IMG/VR virus record: IMGVR_UViG_3300000318_000003 | Strand: one strand, 5' to 3' | Source: a virus | DNA: 64,000 bases | Part shown: piece by piece, positions 28,112 to 35,998 of the stretch | How positions within the stretch are numbered: the first letter of the stretch is position 1 | Layout: each line of letters starts with the position of its first letter | Position numbers and translations under genes: made by a program | The notes under the pieces: model-generated | Seen by the model: only the letters and a program-made list of their open reading frames with translations | Told to the model about the DNA's origin: nothing | Database searches by the model: none

Positions 28112-28118
28112 TATTTAT
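28112..28118 (-). promoter_or_regulatory. ATAAATA motif 4 nt upstream of ATG 28107 (no SD, possibly leaderless)
   Basis: taATAAATAgtagATG. Confidence 0.4.
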
Positions 28119-29677
28119 TAGTATTCGACGATGCATAATCCTGCAGTTCCGTACCCATTAGGACCAGTGCCTCCACCGAATAAAGAACCAAGAGGCCCAA
28201 TGCCTGCTCCACCCTTACCAGCAGTACCACCAACAATAGTATATGTTCCTACACCTACTCCGAAAGAACCAGTAATAGTAGCGCCATTTGCTCCGTCGGC
28301 TCCGTTGCCAGAACTAGAAGCACTCTCACCGCCTCTGCCACCAGAAGCAACAGCAATAGTTCCGAAACTACTTGTTCCACCAGTTCCGCCTACGCTTGCG
28401 CTAAGATCGAATGCAGAAGTTCCTCCTGCTCCGATAGTTACAGTGTAGACCGTGCCAGCAGTAGTTTGAACAGGAGTTACTGCAACTCCGCCATCGCCGC
28501 CGCGCCCGCCTGCATAAGTAGTAGCACCTTCGCCACCACTAGAACCTGCTTGTCCGTTACCGCCGCCACCACCTACAACAGTAACCTTTAAGTAGTTTAC
28601 TCCGCTAGGTACTGTAAAAGTTCCACTGCTTGTAAAGACATAGATACCATGTCCTGAAGTAGTGCCACCTCCACTTGTGCTTACATTATCAGCAACTTTG
28701 TCAAGCAAAATAAAGTAAGTTCCATTGTAAGCAACTTGCGACACCATACCTGTGTAAATTACAGGACTGGCAAGAGTACCATCGCTATTGTATTGCTTGA
28801 TATTCAACGGACCAATGTTGTTAATATTCAGTGTGCTTGCAGTTCCGCCATTACCAGCACCGAACTGAACAACAAATACTTGTCCAATCGAATAGCTTGT
28901 AATTGCAGCAAGTGCAGAAGCAGTGTAGATATTAGTACCATACGCGGTAGTTACTTTGTAACCTTGCAATATGGAATCACTAAGACCTTGAATATATCCC
29001 TTAGCAGCATTCAGTGCATTGCCTACAGTTCCTGCAGTCGTATAAGCATTTAGCGGATTGTAAGTTACAGCACCAGAATCTACTGTAATTCCGTTAGCAA
29101 CAAGAATACTCCATGCTACCGCAGTCATTGTTGTGCTCAAAGGCAAGCTGGTATCAGTCTGCACTGTTACCTGAGTATTAGGAGCAGAATAATTTACAGC
29201 AGTTACAGTTCCGTAAGTAATCGGTCCACTAGAGTTAGTAATTTTCACTCTATTGCTAATTGCGAAATTTACACTCTGATCTCCGCTAAGTAAGAACTTA
29301 TTCGAACTTACGAAAACAGGTGTAACTCCAGCATCAGTCCACACAGGAATTGTAGGAGAAGTTTGTGTGTTACTTGCTTGAACACCGATTACATTATCGA
29401 CGTAAGTAAGAACAGTAGTACCATCAGCAGCAGTAAGAACCAGGTTATATGCTAACCCATTTACTAAGTAAATTTCTGTAGGAACTCTACCACTACTATC
29501 CAATACTATAGGATTTGCATTAGGAACAACAGCGGAAGCATCAGTGTAGGTTGTTTGCTGAACACTTGTGCTTCCCGCTTCATATTGCCACAACTTTCCA
29601 CCAGCCAGTGGTAGGCCATTGTTATCGAATGCCTGATACCCGTTGAATACCGGGCTGATAGAAACTTGTACTGTCAT
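28118..29677 (-). CDS. Tail fibre/spike with N-terminal virion-binding domain and Gly-rich C-terminal domain
   Basis: FDNNGLPLAGGKL...NPIVLDSSGR; FTSSGTFTVPSGV..KVTVVGGGGG. Confidence 0.75.
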   Translation of the reverse strand: MTVQVSISPVFNGYQAFDNNGLPLAGGKLWQYEAGSTSVQQTTYTDASAVVPNANPIVLDSSGRVPTEIYLVNGLAYNLVLTAADGTTVLTYVDNVIGVQASNTQTSPTIPVWTDAGVTPVFVSSNKFLLSGDQSVNFAISNRVKITNSSGPITYGTVTAVNYSAPNTQVTVQTDTSLPLSTTMTAVAWSILVANGITVDSGAVTYNPLNAYTTAGTVGNALNAAKGYIQGLSDSILQGYKVTTAYGTNIYTASALAAITSYSIGQVFVVQFGAGNGGTASTLNINNIGPLNIKQYNSDGTLASPVIYTGMVSQVAYNGTYFILLDKVADNVSTSGGGTTSGHGIYVFTSSGTFTVPSGVNYLKVTVVGGGGGNGQAGSSGGEGATTYAGGRGGDGGVAVTPVQTTAGTVYTVTIGAGGTSAFDLSASVGGTGGTSSFGTIAVASGGRGGESASSSGNGADGANGATITGSFGVGVGTYTIVGGTAGKGGAGIGPLGSLFGGGTGPNGYGTAGLCIVEY

Positions 29678-29678
29678 A

Positions 29679-30371
29679 TTAGTTGTGGTTTACAACGGAG
29701 AAGAATGTGTTGACGTTTGCATAGCTACCATACTGAGCAGCACTTACAGTAATACCGGAAGTTTGCAAGTTAGCAACGATAGCAGCGTAGAACAGCTGGT
29801 CACCAGCACGGTATTGTCCAGCACCAGTAAACGAAGCAGTTGCTGTAAGAACGCCGTGAACCGCATCCCAGTCTTGGCTAGTTCCGCCTGCGTAACCAAC
29901 AACGGTACCACCATAGTTCAAGAATTGTCTGAACAACACGTTACCGCCGTTCTGGTTCTGCACGGTGTAAGCCTGTCCGCCAAATGTAGCAGTAGCGATA
30001 ACATTACGACTGAATGTAAACACACTGTTAGCAGGGAAGGAAATAGTTTGTGTGCTATTACCAACAATGGAGATTGTAAACGAAATGGGTGCTGTATTCC
30101 AAGAACCATAGTTGGTTGCTGCACCTACGTTATCCCATGCGATAGGGGTGATTGTAGCAGTGTCGGTGCCGTTTGTATAACCCAAGTTCTTACTGTAAAC
30201 AGTATTTGTAAGGTTAATACCACCGAAGCACTCTTGCACAGTATTCTGTGCTTGAATAATACCTGCATTTACCATTGCTGTCTGAAGTGCAGCATTTTGT
30301 GCAGAAGTAGAGGTATTAAGTGATTGAGTAAGACCCGCTACTGCCTGCGGTACTGTGACGATTGCTGTCAT
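29679..30371 (-). CDS. Hypothetical virion protein (230 aa)
   Basis: Beta-rich ORF in the tail module, AAAGGA RBS. Confidence 0.6.
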   Translation of the reverse strand: MTAIVTVPQAVAGLTQSLNTSTSAQNAALQTAMVNAGIIQAQNTVQECFGGINLTNTVYSKNLGYTNGTDTATITPIAWDNVGAATNYGSWNTAPISFTISIVGNSTQTISFPANSVFTFSRNVIATATFGGQAYTVQNQNGGNVLFRQFLNYGGTVVGYAGGTSQDWDAVHGVLTATASFTGAGQYRAGDQLFYAAIVANLQTSGITVSAAQYGSYANVNTFFSVVNHN

Positions 30372-30388
30372 AAAATTTCCTTTAAAAG

Positions 30389-30919
30389 TTAAGCGGGTGG
30401 GAACCCATATCCGATTGTGATGTTATTTGGATCAGTAAAGATCTGTGTCATGCCATTTGCTGAGTATGCACTAAACCACCCAGCAAAACTATTGTACTCA
30501 TCCAGATCACATGATTCATAGCTATTTATCGATGCATTGCTAGGTACAAACCCTGTAGTGAACCCCAACACAATTCCGTCCATATCATGTAAAGGGGTTC
30601 CTAGCGCAGGAACAGAAGTAGTGCCGACACCTATTATATCATCGATCTCATCTAAAACTGTTATTCCGTCTGCTGCGGTAAGAACAATGTGATAGGCGAC
30701 AGAAGTGTCCAGCCATATTGCGTAAGGAGGTCTTCCACTGCTATCCAGTACAATGGGATTAGAATTTGGTACATTGCCATCTTGAGTTGTATAAGTTGTT
30801 ACCTGTGTTGAAGTAGAACCCGCTAAGTAGGTAAAAATCTTACCTCCGTTAAGGGGTTTTCCGTTGTTATCGAAGTACTGAGCTTCGTTGAATACCGGCG
30901 ATAATGCGACTGATGCCAT
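30389..30919 (-). CDS. Short tail protein paralogous to the N-terminus of 28118-29677
   Basis: FDNNGKPLNGGKI...NPIVLDSSGR. Confidence 0.75.
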   Translation of the reverse strand: MASVALSPVFNEAQYFDNNGKPLNGGKIFTYLAGSTSTQVTTYTTQDGNVPNSNPIVLDSSGRPPYAIWLDTSVAYHIVLTAADGITVLDEIDDIIGVGTTSVPALGTPLHDMDGIVLGFTTGFVPSNASINSYESCDLDEYNSFAGWFSAYSANGMTQIFTDPNNITIGYGFPPA

Positions 30920-30939
30920 TAGAATTCCTTTTTAATCTG

Positions 30940-30968
30940 TTGCTGCAAACTGCTAAAGCAAATATAAT
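30940..30968 (+). promoter_or_regulatory. Sigma70-type promoter TTGCTG-N17-TATAAT, antisense to the late operon
   Basis: -35 at 30940-30945, -10 at 30963-30968. Confidence 0.6.
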
Positions 30969-30997
30969 AACTACATACAAACACAACAGGAGCTATT

Positions 30998-31054
30998 ATG
31001 ATTGTCTTTATTGCTATATTTCTCATTATTTTCTTCTACACTCTTCTTACTTAA
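30998..31054 (+). CDS. 18-aa hydrophobic peptide MIVFIAIFLIIFFYTLLT (not in ORF track)
   Basis: CAGGAG RBS 5 nt upstream and its own promoter. Confidence 0.55.
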   Translation: MIVFIAIFLIIFFYTLLT

Positions 31055-32078
31055 CGTAAGGATTAGAGAGATTATTATCAGGATTTAAGTATGAGTTGCT
31101 GTCATAGACATCATTCATTGCTCTAAATCTATCAGCCTGTTCTTGCAAACGTGTCTTAGGTGCCCTACTTAATTCAGTAAGAGCAGGTGTAACAGCACTT
31201 CTCATTACTGTAGAAGGCACTGTTGCTATTCCAGGATTAACTGCTGCATATGGTCCAATTGCAGCTTTACCCGCTGAACCAGCAATCTTGGCAAGAGTGC
31301 CACCAGCAATACCGTAACCCATGTCTTTAAGTGGGTCTCTGCCAGTTACTGCTGATTCTGCAGCACCTAATGCTGCGCCTGAGAGTGCGCTTGGTGCAAC
31401 TTGTCCGACTGCTTTGCCTGCTGCATTCAGCCCAAGCCTTACAGGACTAATCTGAGGTTCACTCTTTATAGTCTCTTTAATAAACTCTGGTGTTAACTTA
31501 TTGCCAGCAAGGTTATAACCAGGATTAGCAGGATTTTCTGCAATCTTCATCTGAGAACCTGCCCATGCTTTTCCGGCACGTTCAATCACGCCTTCCATAA
31601 CTTTACCTAGTCCAGCAGTTGCTGCGCCAAAAGTGCCGCCTAGTATTCCGCCTAATATAGCATCATTAGGGTTTTTCCTAGTTGCATAACCTTCATTGGC
31701 ACCTGCAACTACGCCCATGCCTATTTGTGGCAATAAACCAAGTCCACTTGTTGCAGCAGCAGTTCCTACACTTCCTGCAACATTACCTGCCGTAGCAGCA
31801 ATAGGGTGCTGTCTTTCCTCTTCAGCATTATGATAACCAGGCAGGTAGTTAGTTAATCCTAAAGAAGCACCTTTAAGCACATTCTTAGCAAAAACTCTAG
31901 AAGCATCCTCGTACGGAGCCTTTGCGGGTACTCCTTTAGGTGCTGCCGCATTAGGATTAACCATGGGAGGATTTATGTTGCCGCGACCAGAACCGCCCTG
32001 TTCATAATCTTCTTCCCATGGCATTTTACCCGCAGTAGTTGCAGGTGTAGTATCGTAGTCTTCTTCCCATGGCATCAT
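31047..32078 (-). CDS. Ejection/DNA transfer protein (gp16 position)
   Basis: Ala/Gly-rich with hydrophobic GxxxG segments; third gene of the ejection trio. Confidence 0.6.
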   Translation of the reverse strand: MMPWEEDYDTTPATTAGKMPWEEDYEQGGSGRGNINPPMVNPNAAAPKGVPAKAPYEDASRVFAKNVLKGASLGLTNYLPGYHNAEEERQHPIAATAGNVAGSVGTAAATSGLGLLPQIGMGVVAGANEGYATRKNPNDAILGGILGGTFGAATAGLGKVMEGVIERAGKAWAGSQMKIAENPANPGYNLAGNKLTPEFIKETIKSEPQISPVRLGLNAAGKAVGQVAPSALSGAALGAAESAVTGRDPLKDMGYGIAGGTLAKIAGSAGKAAIGPYAAVNPGIATVPSTVMRSAVTPALTELSRAPKTRLQEQADRFRAMNDVYDSNSYLNPDNNLSNPYVK

Positions 32079-32080
32079 AA

Positions 32081-33646
32081 TTATTTTACCTTCACGTAAT
32101 TATTCTTGTCCTTAGGGTCACCACCCTTGAACACATACTTGCTTCCATCAGATGCAGTTATAATTTCATTCTTCTTAGGCGGTGCCTTCTTACCAGTACT
32201 AGTTTCAGCGGGGGCTTCAATCTTGCCACCAGCACGTTGAATTTCACGCTGAATAGCGGCAATATCCTCTTTACTGTTACCTGGTTTATTAAGTTCAGAA
32301 CGCAAAATAGCAAGTCTATCAGCATCTCTTGCAGCTTGTTCATCCTTACTAACTTTTGTAGGCATACCTGCAACACTAGATGGAGAACTGTTGCTAGGGA
32401 ATTGCTGAGCACCTACAACATTAGACTGTCCCGATATCTTATTCTGCACAAGGGCCTGATCAGCCTGTAACTTGCGAAGAATTTGTCTTGGCGACATCAT
32501 TGTAACATCGATCTGATCATCCTTGAACAATGGATTAGCATTGTGTACTTGAACAAGAGTTCTCATACCTGCAAATTCAGGGTCATTTTCGAATCTAGAA
32601 CGCAGAGCATTTCCGATTTGTCCGATCTTAGTATCGTAATCCTTATCCTTAGCTAACTTTGAAGAAGCATTAATACCAGTCTGAAGTTGCTTGTTATAGC
32701 CTTCTAACTCACCGATATTGGCAAGTGCTCCAGCACGAGTAGCAGCAGGAACAATTTGACCAGTTTGTGCAGCAGTTGCAGTTTCTTTAGTACCAGCAAT
32801 TTGCTGTGCTTTCCAGATAGTCATGTTATCATCAACAGGCACCCCTGATTTACGCATAGTTTCGCGGAACATCTGGTTAACTTCACTCTTAGGATCTTGT
32901 CCTTCGGGCGTAAATCCTGCAGCAGCAAATTCTTTACCTTGTGCAGCTTGTCTGAGTGCCAAGTCTTGCTGACTAATTCCAAGCTGGCCATAGCTAATTC
33001 CCAACTGCCCCTTTTGAATGCCCAGTTGTTCTTGTTGCAATGCATTGATAGTTGCTTGCTTAATAGCCTTTACATTCTCTTGATTAACATCGATTGTACC
33101 TGTTTCTTTGTTAGGCTTACCGAATATTGTAGTAATCTGTTTACCTGAACCTGGGATCAAAGAATCAGCATACTGAGCATACTTTTGAAGCAGTTCAGGG
33201 CGTTGTTTTTCGCCAGCTGCATCCAATAGTGTAGCAGTTGTAGAAAGCAAGTCCTGTGTATATTTCGATGTCTTTAAGTTTCTATCTTGAATATCAGTGC
33301 TATTCTTAATTTGTGCAGCATCAGTTTGAAATTTATGTGCAGCAGCAGATTGTGCTTCATTAAAATATCCTGCACTGCTTGCATGGTTAATGATTGCATC
33401 CACATTAGGACTACCATCTTGATTGACTAACTTTGCCCTATTTTGAGTGAGCCAGTTATTAAAATCTGCAGCACGTTTCTTAATAGCAGAATCCGCTTCT
33501 ACTCCTGGCAATGCAGCCATTTTTGTGGCATATTCTGCTTGCAAGTTTTGATTTTGCTGTGCAAGATTTGCTAACTGGGCATACTTAGTGATGTCCAGTC
33601 CTTCTGGTGATTTAACACCTAAACTGATATTTGGATCAATTGCCAT
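32081..33646 (-). CDS. Ejection/DNA transfer protein (gp20 position)
   Basis: MAIDPNISLGVK start, Gln/Ala-rich helical. Confidence 0.6.
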   Translation of the reverse strand: MAIDPNISLGVKSPEGLDITKYAQLANLAQQNQNLQAEYATKMAALPGVEADSAIKKRAADFNNWLTQNRAKLVNQDGSPNVDAIINHASSAGYFNEAQSAAAHKFQTDAAQIKNSTDIQDRNLKTSKYTQDLLSTTATLLDAAGEKQRPELLQKYAQYADSLIPGSGKQITTIFGKPNKETGTIDVNQENVKAIKQATINALQQEQLGIQKGQLGISYGQLGISQQDLALRQAAQGKEFAAAGFTPEGQDPKSEVNQMFRETMRKSGVPVDDNMTIWKAQQIAGTKETATAAQTGQIVPAATRAGALANIGELEGYNKQLQTGINASSKLAKDKDYDTKIGQIGNALRSRFENDPEFAGMRTLVQVHNANPLFKDDQIDVTMMSPRQILRKLQADQALVQNKISGQSNVVGAQQFPSNSSPSSVAGMPTKVSKDEQAARDADRLAILRSELNKPGNSKEDIAAIQREIQRAGGKIEAPAETSTGKKAPPKKNEIITASDGSKYVFKGGDPKDKNNYVKVK

Positions 33647-33655
33647 GTTTATTCC

Positions 33656-34696
33656 TTATTGTAATCCCATCCAGTTAGCAAGTCCTTCACCGGCTGCATA
33701 ATAGCCTCCGCCAGTCCCGCTGCCACCGTACTTATTAAGTGCTTGCAATCCCATCCAGTTGTTAAGACCACTGTTGAATGCACCTGTAAGAGCATTAGTA
33801 GAACCTACACTACCTGCAGCTTGTGCAGCAGCTCCGCTTGTAAGATAGTTGTTACTTGCAGCAGTTCCTGACATTGTTGTATTTGCTATATTACTACCAG
33901 TAGATTGTGCAGCAGTACCAGCAGCAGTTGCAGCAGCACTACCTGGAGCAATAATACCTTGCAAGCGATTGTAGATATTGTTCTGATTTGTTTGATAGCG
34001 GTTAAATGCATTCTGATATTCTTGACTTGCAGCGCCTTGTGCGTAGTCATTAATATCTTTAAGTCCTTGTCCAGTCTGTAACATACCAGTAGCAGCACCG
34101 GATGCCTTTAATGCTTGTAAGCCTTGATTAAGACGCCATTGATAGCTAGGATCAGTAGTAAGATCGCTAGGCTTAAATGTTCCAGTAAGAGCACCAGCGT
34201 ATTGATCAGCAGCTTGGTTAAGTTGTGCTTGGCTAGCTCCGTAGTTTTGAGTAGCACCGTTAGTTAATCCAGTTACTGCATTACCCTTAGCATCAACTGT
34301 TTGTCCAGCAGCGTTTGTGTAATTACCAGTCTGAGTTCCGCCACTTGTGCTACCTGCTGTGCTCTGTCCTGCATTTAACCCACCCAGTCCCATAGCAGAA
34401 AGCAGGGCCTGATAGCCCATCTGCCCGCCCTGCATATAAGGGCTTTGATTAGCAAGTTGTTGCTGATACATTTGCCATTGCAACTGATTTGCTTCTCTTT
34501 GTGCTTGCAAGGTATTATTACTTGCTTGAGTGGCAGCATTTGCTTGTGTACTTGCAGCATCGCCAGCTGCCTGTGAACCTAGAATACCTGTAACAACGGA
34601 TCCGCCGATAGCTGCGGCTGCGACGTTACAATATTTTAAAGTGTCTTCGATCGCATTGCCGAAGCTATCTTCGAATGCCGTGTTAACTTTTTTCAT
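33656..34696 (-). CDS. Ejection/DNA transfer protein, P22 gp7-like
   Basis: AAAIGGS..GSQAAGDAASTQANA; DPSYQWRLNQG; YAQGAASQEYQNAFNR; ATAAATA at 34717-34723 upstream. Confidence 0.75.
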   Translation of the reverse strand: MKKVNTAFEDSFGNAIEDTLKYCNVAAAAIGGSVVTGILGSQAAGDAASTQANAATQASNNTLQAQREANQLQWQMYQQQLANQSPYMQGGQMGYQALLSAMGLGGLNAGQSTAGSTSGGTQTGNYTNAAGQTVDAKGNAVTGLTNGATQNYGASQAQLNQAADQYAGALTGTFKPSDLTTDPSYQWRLNQGLQALKASGAATGMLQTGQGLKDINDYAQGAASQEYQNAFNRYQTNQNNIYNRLQGIIAPGSAAATAAGTAAQSTGSNIANTTMSGTAASNNYLTSGAAAQAAGSVGSTNALTGAFNSGLNNWMGLQALNKYGGSGTGGGYYAAGEGLANWMGLQ

Positions 34697-34722
34697 AGTT
34701 TATTCCTTGAATAGTGTATTTA

Positions 34723-35787
34723 TTAGATTATTTTCATGTAAGTTTCGTCGGAGTGTGTATAGCCCAGTCTTTCGTGCAATACAGAATTATCTTTGTGACA
34801 CTTAGTACCAGTAATGATTTTAACTACACCTCTATCTTTAAGGGTTTTCTCCGCAAACTTTAGCAGTTTAATACCTGCCCATCCCCTTCTGTGTTCTTGC
34901 TCTACAAAATACAAATCTACCATGCCATGAAGTGTAGATTTATAGTGAAAGTGTCCACCCACAAAAGTAACGTGATATCCAACAAGTTTTCCGTCATGTC
35001 TTACTGTAACAGTGTGCAATTTATTATCGCGTTCCATTTGCACATAGCGTTGCCAGTCCATGTCTACAGGTACTTCTTCTCTAGTAAGTCCTAGTTCTGC
35101 CCAGTGTAGCGGAACAAAGCGCTGAAATTCTGGGATGCACTGTTCGAAGGACTCTACTTGATACGAATACCCTTGCTTGTATTCTACTTTGTTAACAAGT
35201 GGTTGAGTTGTAGTAGTTTTTAAAGTCTTCTTAATATGTTCGAAGTAAGGTGTTCTGATATCAATTATCATTGTAATTCTATCAGCATCAGAGTCGTTTT
35301 CTACAGAGTGTGTCTTGCTATTGTCGAAAACAAACAAATCACCCACTTTAGGCTCGAATACTTCGTCGCCGCAAATAAACTTAGCACCGGGTGCTTGTTG
35401 TAGTGCTAAGTGAAAGCGCTGATAGTAACTAACTGGGCTACCTGCGTCTACATGTGGCTTTACTTTATGTCCTGGTTTGCAACGTGTAATTACACATCTT
35501 CCTATTCTGTCTCCCATGACTTGTCCCATGAGAGTGTGTATTACTGGTGATACTGGCAGCACAGAAGCAGCAGGGTACCAGTAGCTTTCGTAGTCATCTA
35601 GCATCTGCAGGTTATTATAACTTATTTCGTTAAATCTGACAATAATGTCATCTATGTCAGTGTGTGGACTGTTAGGATGTGTAGTTCTTATATCTACATA
35701 GTTCCACAACTCTTCGTGTTCAGCAAGTGCTAGTAGAAATGGAGTAGTGTCTATACCTTGTGCTATTAATTGAAAATTCTTATACAT
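34723..35787 (-). CDS. Fusion of Asp/Asn beta-hydroxylase-like 2OG-Fe(II) oxygenase and GNAT acetyltransferase
   Basis: HVD...H facial triad (PHVDAG; FDNSKTHSVEN..DRITMIID); GNAT motif A HRRGWAGIKLL...ERLGY; start MYKNF with AGGA RBS. Confidence 0.85.
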   Translation of the reverse strand: MYKNFQLIAQGIDTTPFLLALAEHEELWNYVDIRTTHPNSPHTDIDDIIVRFNEISYNNLQMLDDYESYWYPAASVLPVSPVIHTLMGQVMGDRIGRCVITRCKPGHKVKPHVDAGSPVSYYQRFHLALQQAPGAKFICGDEVFEPKVGDLFVFDNSKTHSVENDSDADRITMIIDIRTPYFEHIKKTLKTTTTQPLVNKVEYKQGYSYQVESFEQCIPEFQRFVPLHWAELGLTREEVPVDMDWQRYVQMERDNKLHTVTVRHDGKLVGYHVTFVGGHFHYKSTLHGMVDLYFVEQEHRRGWAGIKLLKFAEKTLKDRGVVKIITGTKCHKDNSVLHERLGYTHSDETYMKII

Positions 35788-35801
35788 TGTTTGTTGTCCT
35801 G

Positions 35802-35997
35802 TTTTAAGCACGTAAGCACGGTTTGTGTGCTTTTCGCACTGTATTTACACAGTGGTCTAAACTTTACACTTTGTTTTTTAGCAATCTTAAAAAAGCGTGC
35901 TTAACGTGCTTACGTGCTTAAAATGCTGTATCTCATTGATTTATATAGGTTTTTTGTAAGCACGCTTTATTTTTGTACGTGCTTATTTTAAGCACGT
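35802..35997. repeat. Second copy of the AAGCACG iteron-like element
   Basis: Copy of 341-536. Confidence 0.9.
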
Positions 35998-35998
35998 T

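Larger units (their letters stand above)
1..35461. mobile_element. Complete P22-like tailed phage genome (circularly permuted unit)
   Basis: Full set of terminase, portal, scaffold, coat, tail, ejection, lysis and primase/helicase genes; the hydroxylase gene reads intact across the unit junction. Confidence 0.93.

Noticed and set aside
23045-29053. Many 60-175-aa alternate-frame ORFs overlapping the tail genes
   Set aside because: Shadow frames of repetitive Thr/Ser/Gly codons; no RBS or coherent composition.
1-35461. Stop-codon reassignment or tRNA genes
   Set aside because: The standard code gives dense, full-length genes; no cloverleaf or TpsiC signature recognised in the intergenic gaps.
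35788-35811. ORF-track N-terminal extensions (e.g. MLKTGQQT; also MQITHKK, MDCRRV, MNILAG, MFPLYF)
   Set aside because: Downstream ATGs have proper RBSs or ATGA coupling; the longer starts run into repeats, terminators or other genes.
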